DNA of 61,920 nt from an uncultured Alphaproteobacteria bacterium (lineage in GTDB: Bacteria > Pseudomonadota > Alphaproteobacteria > HIMB59 > GCA-002718135), in the NCBI GenBank assembly GCA_902596065.1, contig CACJSL010000004.1, positions 1 through 61,920 of the forward strand, read 5' to 3'. A program made the translations under genes and the position numbers. Within the stretch, counting starts at the first letter, position 1, and each line of letters opens with the position of its first letter. Positions 52,288-61,764 of this stretch are shown here, piece by piece. The notes beneath the pieces are model-generated. The model did no database searches, was not told the origin of the DNA, and saw only the letters and a list, made by a program, of their open reading frames with translations.

Positions 52288-52935
52288 GTGAACGACAAAA
52301 TTCATTTAAATTTATCTAAACCTTTTGGTCCAAGTTTGGGTAAAGTAAATATTCCTGAAAACTTAATTATAAAAATTAATAATTATATAGATGAAATAAT
52401 AGAAAAAGACAAAGAAGCTGCTCAGCTTAATGACTATGGATCAAGCTTAGCAGGTCAAGTAAAACAAGAAATCAGATTACCAAAAGAAATAGTAGAAGGT
52501 GAACTCTTAGATTATCTTATTAGCATTTCAAAAACATATGTTAAATTGTCTTGTGGACAGGAAATAACTAAATTTGAACTAATGTCTGCTTGGGTTGTAA
52601 GACAATTTGAAAATGAATATAATCCTGCCCATGTACATGGAGGCCATCTTTCAGGTGCTGGATATCTTAAATTACCAGATACTTTTGGAGAAACAATTCA
52701 AGAAAATAAAAAAAATGTTCATGGAAATATAAATTTTATTCATGGAACTGAACAATTTCTTTCCAAGGGCGCTTTATCAGAAAAACCACGTGTGGGAGAT
52801 TTTTATATTTTTCCTCATTATCTATTTCATTCAGTAAATCCTTTTATAGGATCAGGAGAAAGAAGATCTTTGTCATTTAATGCAAAAATTGATGAAGAAA
52901 TTTTTAGTGTTCATAGTCATAGAACAAAAAAATAA
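52288..52935 (+). CDS. Putative 2OG-Fe(II) oxygenase
   Basis: W......EYNPAHVH (HxH), LSGAGYL and FPHYLFHSVNPF...ERRSLSFN motifs. Confidence 0.8.
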   Translation: MNDKIHLNLSKPFGPSLGKVNIPENLIIKINNYIDEIIEKDKEAAQLNDYGSSLAGQVKQEIRLPKEIVEGELLDYLISISKTYVKLSCGQEITKFELMSAWVVRQFENEYNPAHVHGGHLSGAGYLKLPDTFGETIQENKKNVHGNINFIHGTEQFLSKGALSEKPRVGDFYIFPHYLFHSVNPFIGSGERRSLSFNAKIDEEIFSVHSHRTKK

Positions 52936-53007
52936 TAAAATTTTTTAGAAGCTTAAACCTTTACTTTGTCTAACGTAAATTTCAAATAGAAAATTTATGG
53001 CAACTAG

Positions 53008-53892
53008 TTAAATATAATTTAATTCAGTCAATTGATTTTTGAATTTCTTCTCAATTGCCTCTATTTGTTTTTTATTTAATATTTTTTTCCATTGTTTTTG
53101 TTGTCCTACTCTAAAAAAATTAGAATGCAAATGTTCTGAGAAGCCATATTGCAATTCTTTTTTCTTTAAGTTATCAAATTTTGTTGATTCAATAATATTT
53201 TTTATTTTATTACTTTCATTAGTGATTTTTATATTATAATTTTTGTAAAAAAATTTTGTTATTTTTTGTATTTCTAATTCTATATTATTTAACATATCTT
53301 CGTATTTAAGAAATAAACTTGGCACTTCTGAAAATTTTTTCCACGACAAATAGTTATCTCTCCAATTTAGTATAATTTCAGGCATTTTATTATCTATTTT
53401 TTCTTTTTTCATAATTTGTCCATCTAATAAAAAGCTAATTGTTTCATCAATGTCTTTATTTATATGTTTACTATATGAAATAGCAATGTCTCTAGGATCT
53501 CTAGAAAGATAAATAAAACCTAGCGTAGTTGATGAGTCAGTATAAAAGTTATTATTAATTTTCAATCTGGCATTGTGTGTTTTAAATAAACCAAATTTAC
53601 CTTTCTCAATATTAATTTTTTTTTGTGCCTCAATCCAATATTTAGAATAAGTTAAAACTGACTCTTCATTATATTCTCTTCCATTGAAAATTATATTATA
53701 ATCATCTAATGATTTCTTTTTTACAAACCTAAAATTTTTTAGATTATCAAAACCTGTAATCTTATTTAGTAAATTAAAATTATTTAAATTCCCATCTTCA
53801 GTAAAAAAAAGAGCACATAAAATTAATCTTAACCAAGTATTGCCACTTTTAGGATATGAAGCAATCCAAAACATTTTTTTATCGTTAATCAT
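53008..53892 (-). CDS. Sulfotransferase (Sulfotransfer_1 domain)
   Basis: ASYPKSGNTW (5'-PSB), KTH, RDPRDIAIS (3'-PB), KYEDM and FFRVG motifs. Confidence 0.9.
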   Translation of the reverse strand: MINDKKMFWIASYPKSGNTWLRLILCALFFTEDGNLNNFNLLNKITGFDNLKNFRFVKKKSLDDYNIIFNGREYNEESVLTYSKYWIEAQKKINIEKGKFGLFKTHNARLKINNNFYTDSSTTLGFIYLSRDPRDIAISYSKHINKDIDETISFLLDGQIMKKEKIDNKMPEIILNWRDNYLSWKKFSEVPSLFLKYEDMLNNIELEIQKITKFFYKNYNIKITNESNKIKNIIESTKFDNLKKKELQYGFSEHLHSNFFRVGQQKQWKKILNKKQIEAIEKKFKNQLTELNYI

Positions 53893-53922
53893 TAATTATT
53901 TCATTTTTTATATTTATTAAAT

Positions 53923-53997
53923 TGGCAGTCTCGTAGGGACTCGAACCCCAAACTTTGGTTCCGAAGACCAACGTGATATCCATTTCACTACGAGACC
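53923..53997 (-). tRNA. tRNA-Arg (anticodon TCG)
   Basis: GGTCTCGTAGTGAAATGGATATCACGTTGGTCTTCGGAACCAAAGTTTGGGGTTCGAGTCCCTACGAGACTGCCA: full cloverleaf, anticodon loop CT-TCG-GA, T loop TTCGAGT, A20 and encoded CCA. Confidence 0.95.
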
Positions 53998-54035
53998 TTA
54001 TAAAAATAATCTTTATCATTTTTTAATAACTTTAA

Positions 54036-54596
54036 CTACCAAGCACTATTTGGTAGTTTTAAAAAAATTTCTTCTTTTGGAGTAGATTTTCTTCCAAGAA
54101 TCTCATTTCTATGAGGATAACGACCAAATTTTTTTATTGGAATTGTGTGATCATCCCAAGCCTTTTTTATTAAATGATATTTTTCATGTTTTTTTAAATA
54201 TGCTTCTATGAGCTTATGACCAAAAATATGATCACTAATATCTTCACTATGAATTAAAGGAAGTAATAAAAAATGTATTTTATCAAGATCTAATTCTTCT
54301 AAATAACCTCTGTCTACGGCTTCATTTACTATTAGTCTTGTTTTGTAGTCTTGATGAAATGCTTTTTTGCTGTTTCTAAAAAGATTTCTTGAAAATTGAT
54401 CAAGTAAAATTACCAAAGCTACACATTCATTAGGATTATCCTGCCAATCGTCATATTCATTATTAATAGCTTGATTATAATCTTCTAAGAAAAGATCTCT
54501 AATTTTTTTATCAAAATTATCATTTTTTTCAAACCAATCTTTTATTGATGATTTGATAAACCAAAATTCAAGTATTTTTTTTGCTCTTTCATTCAT
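54036..54596 (-). CDS. DUF924 family protein
   Basis: ILEFWF, ILLDQFSRN, LPLIHSE and FGRYPHRN..LGR.ST..E motifs. Confidence 0.9.
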   Translation of the reverse strand: MNERAKKILEFWFIKSSIKDWFEKNDNFDKKIRDLFLEDYNQAINNEYDDWQDNPNECVALVILLDQFSRNLFRNSKKAFHQDYKTRLIVNEAVDRGYLEELDLDKIHFLLLPLIHSEDISDHIFGHKLIEAYLKKHEKYHLIKKAWDDHTIPIKKFGRYPHRNEILGRKSTPKEEIFLKLPNSAW

Positions 54597-54629
54597 ATCT
54601 TTACTATAATATAGAAGACTTATTTCTTC

Positions 54630-55310
54630 ATGACACTAATAAAATTAAATCAAACCATTACTAAATGTAGACAATGTAAGAGGCTTGTAAATTTTAGAGA
54701 AAAAATTGCAAAAGAAAAACGTAAACAATACATAAATGAAAATTATTGGGGAAAACCAATAACTGGATATGGTGATCCAGATGCCAAATTGTTAATGATC
54801 GGATTAGCACCTGCGGCTCATGGAGGCAACAGAACTGGCAGAGTTTTTACTGGAGATAAATCATCTGAATTTTTATTTCAATGTTTGTTTAAAGCGGGCT
54901 TATCAAATAAGTCCAACTCATTAGAAAAAAATGATGGATTAAAGTTATATAATGCTTATTTAACAACGGCTCTCAAATGTGTTCCCCCTGAAGATAAACC
55001 AACATCTAAAGAATTAAAGACTTGTTTTGCCTTTTTTAAAAAAGAGAAAAATCATTTAAGAAATATCAAAGTAATTTTGGCCTTAGGCAAAATTGCTTTT
55101 GACGCATGTTTAAATTTTTATAGAGAAGATTATGAAATAAAAACTAAAAACTATAAATTTTCTCACGGATGCAAATTTCAACTACCTGATAAAAAAATTC
55201 TTGTCGGATGTTATCATCCTAGTCCACGAAATGTGAATACTGGAAGAATCAATATAAAGAAAATGGTTAATTTATTAAATGAAGTGAAAAAAATAACATT
55301 AAAATATTAA
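54630..55310 (+). CDS. Uracil-DNA glycosylase family 5 (UdgB-like, Fe-S)
   Basis: C..C.RL, GLAPAAHGGNRTGRVFTGD and YHPSPRN motifs. Confidence 0.92.
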   Translation: MTLIKLNQTITKCRQCKRLVNFREKIAKEKRKQYINENYWGKPITGYGDPDAKLLMIGLAPAAHGGNRTGRVFTGDKSSEFLFQCLFKAGLSNKSNSLEKNDGLKLYNAYLTTALKCVPPEDKPTSKELKTCFAFFKKEKNHLRNIKVILALGKIAFDACLNFYREDYEIKTKNYKFSHGCKFQLPDKKILVGCYHPSPRNVNTGRINIKKMVNLLNEVKKITLKY

Positions 55311-55521
55311 TATGATTAAAACTAAAAACTCAATTAATATAATTCATATAGAAAGCAATGGGCAACAATCATTTTTTGGACGTGATAATATTTTTTTTAA
55401 AACTATTAATATGCCAAAAAAACAACACTTTAAAAATATTTGTTGTAATTTTAAACTAAAAAAAACATATAAAAAAAGAAAATTATTTTTACCTTTTTTT
55501 TCAATTTGTAATTAATAAAAT

Positions 55522-56718
55522 ATGAGAGATTTTTTATCATTTGATCCTAAATTGCTTATTTATGGATTTGCCATTCTATTTTTTGCTAGTTTTGGTCAAA
55601 CATTTTTTATTTCAATTTATAATTTAGAGATAAGAGAATTTTATGTTTTAACAGATGGAGAATTTGGTTTAGTTTATGCTCTTGGTACTTTATTTAGTTC
55701 AATTATTCTAGTGGGTTTTGCTAAACTTATAGATTACATAGATCTAAGAATTTATTCTTTAATAATTTCAGTGGGTTTATCTTTAGCATGTTTAGGCATG
55801 TATTCATCTTTTAAGAGTCCTTTTTTTCTTTTTTTTGTTATATTTGCATTACGTTTTTTTGGCCAAGGAGCCATGTCTCATGCAGGAGAAACCACAATGG
55901 CCAGATACTTCGGTAATAACAGGGGGAAAGCTTTATCAGTTGCTACACTTGGAGGAATGATTGGTGTTATGTTCTTGCCAATGATTGTTGTTAAATTAGC
56001 TGGTAATTTAGAGTGGAAGCATATTTGGTTAGCGGGGAGCTTTAGTATTTTAATTATTTTTTTACCAATACTTTTTCTATCTTTACAAAATCAATCAATC
56101 AGACACTCTAATTTTAGAGAAAATTCATTAAACTTTGTAAATAATAAAACTTGGCGAACCCGAGATGTTTTATTTGATAAAAAATTTTATTATTATTTGC
56201 CAATTTCTATTGCTGCACCATATATTAGTACCGGACTGACATTTCATCAAATTTTTATTATTAATCAAAAAGGATGGACTATTCAAATGTTAGCAAATGG
56301 ATTTATTTTTCTAGGAATATTTTCTATCATAGGAATAATTATAGGCGGCCCTATAGTTGATAAATATAATACAAAAAAAGTAATTTATTTTACACTAGCT
56401 CCTTTGTTTTTTGGAATAATAGCTTTAATTTTTTTTGAAAGTTATTTTTTTATGATGTTTTACATGTCCTTGCTTGGTTTAAGTTTAGGAATTGGAACTC
56501 CATTTATAGGATCTTTATGGGCAGAACTTTATGGTCTTGAAAGCCTGGGCTCTGTAAAAGCACTACTTCATGCACTAGGGGTTTTTTTTAGTGCTTTATC
56601 ACCAGTAGTTTTTGGTTATATGATAGATTTTGGAATGGGTGTGCTATCAATTAGTTTTATGAGTTTATTCATAATAATATTTTCAACTGTTTTGCCTTTT
56701 TTTTACAATCAAAATTGA
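55522..56718 (+). CDS. MFS transporter
   Basis: About 12 TMs; SFGQTFFIS, LRFFGQG, RGKALS and WAELYG motifs. Confidence 0.9.
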   Translation: MRDFLSFDPKLLIYGFAILFFASFGQTFFISIYNLEIREFYVLTDGEFGLVYALGTLFSSIILVGFAKLIDYIDLRIYSLIISVGLSLACLGMYSSFKSPFFLFFVIFALRFFGQGAMSHAGETTMARYFGNNRGKALSVATLGGMIGVMFLPMIVVKLAGNLEWKHIWLAGSFSILIIFLPILFLSLQNQSIRHSNFRENSLNFVNNKTWRTRDVLFDKKFYYYLPISIAAPYISTGLTFHQIFIINQKGWTIQMLANGFIFLGIFSIIGIIIGGPIVDKYNTKKVIYFTLAPLFFGIIALIFFESYFFMMFYMSLLGLSLGIGTPFIGSLWAELYGLESLGSVKALLHALGVFFSALSPVVFGYMIDFGMGVLSISFMSLFIIIFSTVLPFFYNQN

Positions 56719-56867
56719 TGAATAGTAATATTGATGAAAGTTTAAAATATCTTTTTGAAGAATATAAAAGATTAAAATTAAAAGAAAAAAAACAAAAATT
56801 AACAATTGAAGAGATTGAAACACTTAAAAAACTTTCTTCTTTTTTAGGAAAATCAAATGAAAAATAA
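56718..56867 (+). CDS. Small hypothetical protein (49 aa)
   Basis: Absent from the ORF track. MNSNIDESLKYLFEEYKRLKLKEKKQKLTIEEIETLKKLSSFLGKSNEK; TGATG overlap with the MFS stop, and its end overlaps the zapE start. Confidence 0.55.
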   Translation: MNSNIDESLKYLFEEYKRLKLKEKKQKLTIEEIETLKKLSSFLGKSNEK

Positions 56868-57903
56868 CTTAATGAAAATATATAATGATTTTGTATCAAA
56901 TAATTTTATTAGTTATGATGAAGATCAAATTAAAATTTTAAATATTTTTGAGGAAATTTGGAATCAAAATCAAAAAATTAACTTTTTTTTAAACAAAAAA
57001 AAACCTAAAGGCATATATCTTTATGGCCAAGTAGGTATTGGAAAAACTTTTCTAATCAATTTATTTATTAATAACATTGAAAAATCAAAAAAATTTCACT
57101 TTAATCATTTTATGATTAACTTACATGCATTTGTTAATAATCACAGTAAAAAAGATTTTGCCTTAGAAATATATGTAAAAAAACTTTCTCAAAAATATAA
57201 AATTATATTTATTGATGAATTACATGTTTTTAATATAGTAGATGCATTATTATTAAAAAAAATATTCTATTTTTTTCAAAAATATAAAGTTTTTATTGTT
57301 ACCTCTTCAAATTATATTCCCAAAGACCTATATAAAAATGGTTTACAAAGAGAAGATTTTATTCCGTTTATTGAACATATTAAAAATAATTTTAAAGTTT
57401 TACACTTAGAGAGTTTTGAAGATTATAGACGACAAATGCTTAACCAGGCAAAGACTTACTATAGTCCAGTTAATAATAAAACTATTAGTGAATTTAATAA
57501 ACTTTTTGATCGTTTTGTAGATAAGGGAGAAATACATATAAGAAAAATTAAAACTAAAAGCAGAACTATACGTCTAGAAAAATGTACAGCGAATATTGCT
57601 TATTGTGAATTTTCTGAACTTTGTATGGCTAATTTAGCCCACGAAGATTATAAAAATATTGCGAATGAATTTAGTATTTTATTTATTAATAAAGTTCCAG
57701 AATTTTCAGATTCTGAATCTGATCAATGCAGAAGATTTATTAGCTTAATTGATATGTTGTATGAAAAAAAATGTTCAGTAGTGATATTGGCAGAAAAACC
57801 AATAAACAGCTTATGTAATATACAAAAACTAAAAATTGAGTTCAAGCGAACAGCTAGTAGATTATATGAAATGACAATTATAACTTCTGAAAACAAATGG
57901 TAA
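56857..57903 (+). CDS. zapE: Cell division ATPase ZapE (AFG1 family)
   Basis: KGIYLYGQVGIGKT, HFNHFM, DELHV, LYKNGLQR and RTASRLYEM motifs. Confidence 0.92.
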   Translation: MKNNLMKIYNDFVSNNFISYDEDQIKILNIFEEIWNQNQKINFFLNKKKPKGIYLYGQVGIGKTFLINLFINNIEKSKKFHFNHFMINLHAFVNNHSKKDFALEIYVKKLSQKYKIIFIDELHVFNIVDALLLKKIFYFFQKYKVFIVTSSNYIPKDLYKNGLQREDFIPFIEHIKNNFKVLHLESFEDYRRQMLNQAKTYYSPVNNKTISEFNKLFDRFVDKGEIHIRKIKTKSRTIRLEKCTANIAYCEFSELCMANLAHEDYKNIANEFSILFINKVPEFSDSESDQCRRFISLIDMLYEKKCSVVILAEKPINSLCNIQKLKIEFKRTASRLYEMTIITSENKW

Positions 57904-58889
57904 AAAAAGTAATTTATATTTTTAGCTCTTTGATATTTTTTATATTTATCATTTATATAGCTGCTGGTTTTTACTTAGCTAATACTATACTAAAAATTGA
58001 TCCCTCATGCGGATTACATGAAGGTGCTTTACCTAATACATGGTCAACATTAGTAGATCATCATGAATACTCAAATGTTAACAGGAGCATCCTTAGAAAA
58101 AATTTTCCTTTTAAAAATTATCATATTGATGATTGGCAGGCAGTTTATTTTTCTTCTAGAGAAAAAGATATTAAAATAAGTGGATGGTTATTTGACCACC
58201 ATAAAAACCAACCAATTGTAATAATAGTTCATGGATTATTTCCCAATGGCAAATGCAAACCTGAGTCAAATCTTTTAGCAAGCTTATTAATAAAAAATAA
58301 TATTAATGCTCTTACAATTGATTTAAGAAATTATGGAGATAGTACTACTGTTAGTAATTATGAAAATTTAGGATTAAGTGAATATAAAGATGTTTTAGGG
58401 GCTTATGATTTTTTAGTAGAAAATGGATTTAGGGAATCTTCTATTGGCTTACTAGGAATTTCTTTAGGAGGAACCTCAGTTATATTTGCTGGAAAAGAAG
58501 AACCAAACATTAAAGCTATTTGGCTTGATAGTACTTTAGCAGAATTCAAAATGATTTTAAAAGATGAAATTGCTCGCTATGGATTTTCTCATGATTTTGG
58601 GCCATCAGTAAGTTTTGCAGGAAAGTTTTTAACAGGAATTGATCCAACGAAACTATCACCAGCATTTTCTTTAACTAAAACTCAAAATTATTTTTTTACT
58701 CATGGAGATAAGGATGAAAGAGTATTAATTCATCATTTTGATTTTTTTAAAGAATATATAAAAAAGAATAATATCAAAGCAAAATTCTGGCTTGCAAAAG
58801 ACTCATATCATGTTGATGCAATGTTTAAATACCCAGAAGAATATGGAATAAAATTAAAAAATTTTTTTGAAGCACATTTAAATAACTAA
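57897..58889 (+). CDS. Membrane-anchored alpha/beta hydrolase
   Basis: N-terminal TM, IIVHG, DLRNYG.S, nucleophile motif GISLG, HGDKDERV and a C-terminal His. Confidence 0.88.
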   Translation: MVKKVIYIFSSLIFFIFIIYIAAGFYLANTILKIDPSCGLHEGALPNTWSTLVDHHEYSNVNRSILRKNFPFKNYHIDDWQAVYFSSREKDIKISGWLFDHHKNQPIVIIVHGLFPNGKCKPESNLLASLLIKNNINALTIDLRNYGDSTTVSNYENLGLSEYKDVLGAYDFLVENGFRESSIGLLGISLGGTSVIFAGKEEPNIKAIWLDSTLAEFKMILKDEIARYGFSHDFGPSVSFAGKFLTGIDPTKLSPAFSLTKTQNYFFTHGDKDERVLIHHFDFFKEYIKKNNIKAKFWLAKDSYHVDAMFKYPEEYGIKLKNFFEAHLNN

Positions 58890-58890
58890 A

Positions 58891-59038
58891 AGTGCCGGAC
58901 TCGCCTTCACCAGTTTGTACCTTGGCAGACACTTCTCTAGTTTAGACAAAACTCTAATACATCATCCGGCGGGAATGATTGTAAACTGTATCTCGGCGTT
59001 CCTCCGAAGCTAAGAAAACGAGCTTTTTATCCGGCATT
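58891..59038 (-). ncRNA. Candidate stand-alone structured ncRNA (about 148 nt), family unassigned
   Basis: 46% GC island (69/150 by hand count), four long-range helices plus three hairpins, promoter TTGAAT-17-TAATTT directly upstream, and a 3' U-tract. Confidence 0.7.
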
Positions 59039-59041
59039 ACC

Positions 59042-59070
59042 AAATTACTTTCAAACTAGAAATTATTCAA
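59042..59070 (-). promoter_or_regulatory. Sigma70-type promoter of the candidate ncRNA
   Basis: Minus-strand -35 TTGAAT (59070-59065), 17-nt spacer, -10 TAATTT (59047-59042), five nt before the first helix. Confidence 0.55.
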
Positions 59071-59133
59071 GAAATAAGGAAAAAAAGATTAGTTAATTTG
59101 ATTAAGTTATTAGAATTTAAGCCAAAATTTATA

Positions 59134-59154
59134 ATATCCACAGATTTATCCACA
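59134..59154 (+). promoter_or_regulatory. Tandem DnaA boxes
   Basis: ATATCCACA (59134-59142, one mismatch) and TTATCCACA (59146-59154, perfect). Confidence 0.55.
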
Positions 59155-59257
59155 TTAATTACATAAATTGATTATAGTCTAAAAAGGGATTTTTTTTTGA
59201 ATTTCTCTAAAAAAAGAATACTTAAAAGTTAGAATATATATTTTTAATTTTCAATAA

Positions 59258-59626
59258 ATGATCGATAATAGACCTTTATCCCCACATCTAAGTATTCACA
59301 AAAAGGTATTAACTGCTGTCTTTTCTATTTTTCACAGATTAACTGGCATTTTTTTAACATTAGGTTCATTTTTTCTAGTCTTTTGGTTTTTATCAGTTTT
59401 AATTGGAGAAAATTTTTATAATTATTTTCAAATTGTTTCTTCAAATTTAATTTTTAAAGTAATTTTATTTTTTTGGACATTGGCATTTTTTTATCATTTA
59501 TTTAATGGTATTCGCTATTTATTCTGGTCTTTTAGTTTGGGAATGGATTTAAAAACAGTTTACCTATCAGGTTACATAGTTTCATTATTAACGATTATTG
59601 CCACAATCATAGTCTGGTATTTATGA
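59258..59626 (+). CDS. sdhC: Succinate dehydrogenase cytochrome b556 subunit
   Basis: RPLSPHL, SIFHRLTG and HLFNGIR motifs. Confidence 0.96.
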   Translation: MIDNRPLSPHLSIHKKVLTAVFSIFHRLTGIFLTLGSFFLVFWFLSVLIGENFYNYFQIVSSNLIFKVILFFWTLAFFYHLFNGIRYLFWSFSLGMDLKTVYLSGYIVSLLTIIATIIVWYL

Positions 59627-59967
59627 ATATTATAAAAAAAAACTATAAAAATAGCTGGATAGCGCAAAGAGTTACTGCAACAATGTTATTACCTTTATCG
59701 TTTTGGTTTATTTATCATTGTATTTTGTTTCAAAATCAATCTTATGAAGAAATTAGGATTTTTTTTGAATCATTTTTTAATAGTTTTCTTTTTTTATTAA
59801 TGATGTTGGCAATACTATTGCATTCAAAAATAGGCTGTGAAACTATTATACAGGATTATATTTCAGCAAAAAATTTAAAAATATTTTTAATACGATTTAT
59901 AAATTTAATAATATTAGCTTCAGCTATTGTAGTTGTAGTGGGAATTTTAAAATTAAATCTTTTTTAA
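59623..59967 (+). CDS. sdhD: Succinate dehydrogenase hydrophobic anchor subunit
   Basis: WIAQRVTA and LHSKIG....IQDYI motifs. Confidence 0.93.
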   Translation: MNIIKKNYKNSWIAQRVTATMLLPLSFWFIYHCILFQNQSYEEIRIFFESFFNSFLFLLMMLAILLHSKIGCETIIQDYISAKNLKIFLIRFINLIILASAIVVVVGILKLNLF

Positions 59968-61760
59968 TGAATAAAGCTTATAATATTATTGATCATAATT
60001 ATGATGTAGTTGTTATTGGTGCAGGAGGATCAGGTTTACGTTCTACTTTAGGGTTGGCTGAATCTGGTTTAAATGTAGCATGTATATCAAAAGTTTTTCC
60101 AACCAGAAGTCACACTGTTGCAGCGCAAGGCGGTATAGGCGCAGCACTAGGCAATATGGGTGAGGATAATTGGAAATGGCACATGTTTGATACGGTTAAA
60201 GGCTCTGATTGGCTTGGAGATCAAGATGCAATAGAGTATCTTTGTTCAAAAGCTCCAGAGGCAATTGAAGATTTAGAAGAATATGGAATGCCATTTAGTA
60301 GGACTGAAGAGGGCAAAATTTATCAACGACCTTTTGGAGGTCATTTAACTAGTAATGGTGAGGGCCCACCAGCTATGCGAGCTTGTGCTGCAGCAGACAG
60401 AACAGGACATGCTTTATTACATACTTTGTATCAACAATCTTTAAAGAATTCTGTTGAATTTTTTATAGAATATTATGTTCTAGATTTACTTATAGATGAT
60501 GATGGGACTTGCAAAGGAGTGATTGCTTGGTGTCTTGAAGATGGAACTTTACATAGATTCTTATCTCACCAAACTATTATCGCAACAGGAGGGTATGGAC
60601 GTGCATATTTTTCTTCAACAAGTGCCCACATCTGTACTGGTGATGGAAGCGCAATGGCTTTAAGGCAAGGATTGCCTTTATCAGATATGGAATTTATTCA
60701 ATTTCATCCTACTGGAGTTTACGGAGCCGGGGTTTTAATAACAGAAGGTGCTAGAGGAGAGGGAGGTTATTTAACAAATAGTGATGGAGAACGTTTTATG
60801 GAACGTTATGCCCCTAATGCAAAAGATCTAGCTTCTCGAGATGTTGTAAGCAGAGCAATGACGATTGAAATAAATGAAAACAGAGGATGTGGAGAAAATT
60901 CTGATCATGTTTTGCTTCATCTAGAGCATATTAATTCGAACACTATTCACAAAAGATTACCAGGAATATCAGAAACAGCAAAAATTTTTGCAGGCGTAGA
61001 TTTAACTAAAGACCCTATCCCAGTTTTACCTACCGTACATTATAACATGGGAGGCATTCCAACAAATTATAGAACTGAAGTACTTAACCCAACAACTGAC
61101 AATCCTGATAAAATTTGTGAGGGACTTATGGCAGTTGGAGAAGCAGCATGCGTTTCTGTACATGGAGCTAATAGATTAGGAACAAATTCTTTAATTGATT
61201 TATTAGTTTTTGGTAAAGCCTCTAGTATTACTGCAAGAAAAAAAACAAAACCAAATTCAGCTAAAGTTAATATTCACCAAAGATGTACTGAAGAAATATT
61301 AAATCGATTTGATCTTATTAGACATAACAAAGGAGAAATTTTTTCAGGAGAAGCGCGAAATGAAATGCAAAAAATAATGCAAAAAAAATGTGCTGTTTTT
61401 AGAACTGAGTATTTAATTAAAAGTGGTATAAAAGAATTTGAAACTGTTGAAAGAAAAATGGAAAATATTCAAGTTAAAGATCAATCACTTATTTTTAATA
61501 CAGATTTAGTAGAAACATTAGAATTGCACAATTTAATGGAACAATCAAAAGTAACATTATATTCAGCTCTTAATCGAAAAGAAAGTAGAGGTGCTCATGC
61601 TAGGGAAGACTATCCTGAAAGAGATGATAAAAATTGGCTTGTTCATAGTCTAGTATGGTTAGATAAAAAAGGAAATATAAAATTAGATAAGAAGCCTGTA
61701 AATTTAAATACCTTAACTAATCACGTTCAACCAATCCCACCCAAGAGAAGAGTGTATTAA
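59967..61760 (+). CDS. sdhA: Succinate dehydrogenase flavoprotein subunit
   Basis: [28 protein letters not shown] and HGANRLG motifs. Confidence 0.98.
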   Translation: MNKAYNIIDHNYDVVVIGAGGSGLRSTLGLAESGLNVACISKVFPTRSHTVAAQGGIGAALGNMGEDNWKWHMFDTVKGSDWLGDQDAIEYLCSKAPEAIEDLEEYGMPFSRTEEGKIYQRPFGGHLTSNGEGPPAMRACAAADRTGHALLHTLYQQSLKNSVEFFIEYYVLDLLIDDDGTCKGVIAWCLEDGTLHRFLSHQTIIATGGYGRAYFSSTSAHICTGDGSAMALRQGLPLSDMEFIQFHPTGVYGAGVLITEGARGEGGYLTNSDGERFMERYAPNAKDLASRDVVSRAMTIEINENRGCGENSDHVLLHLEHINSNTIHKRLPGISETAKIFAGVDLTKDPIPVLPTVHYNMGGIPTNYRTEVLNPTTDNPDKICEGLMAVGEAACVSVHGANRLGTNSLIDLLVFGKASSITARKKTKPNSAKVNIHQRCTEEILNRFDLIRHNKGEIFSGEARNEMQKIMQKKCAVFRTEYLIKSGIKEFETVERKMENIQVKDQSLIFNTDLVETLELHNLMEQSKVTLYSALNRKESRGAHAREDYPERDDKNWLVHSLVWLDKKGNIKLDKKPVNLNTLTNHVQPIPPKRRVY

Positions 61761-61764
61761 TATT

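Noticed and set aside
52936-53007. Possible att-site duplication of the tRNA 3' end
   Set aside because: Only a 5-bp TGGCA match, and no integrase is present.
55312-55515. 67-aa plus-strand ORF between udg and the MFS gene
   Set aside because: Extremely AT-rich with no motif or SD. It fills the gap neatly and could be real, but I cannot support it.
58891-59038. Reading the structured element as a simple terminator, retron msr-msd, RNase P or tmRNA
   Set aside because: Too long and branched for a terminator; no reverse transcriptase nearby; lacks the RNase P GAGGAAAGUCC and tmRNA tRNA-like signatures.
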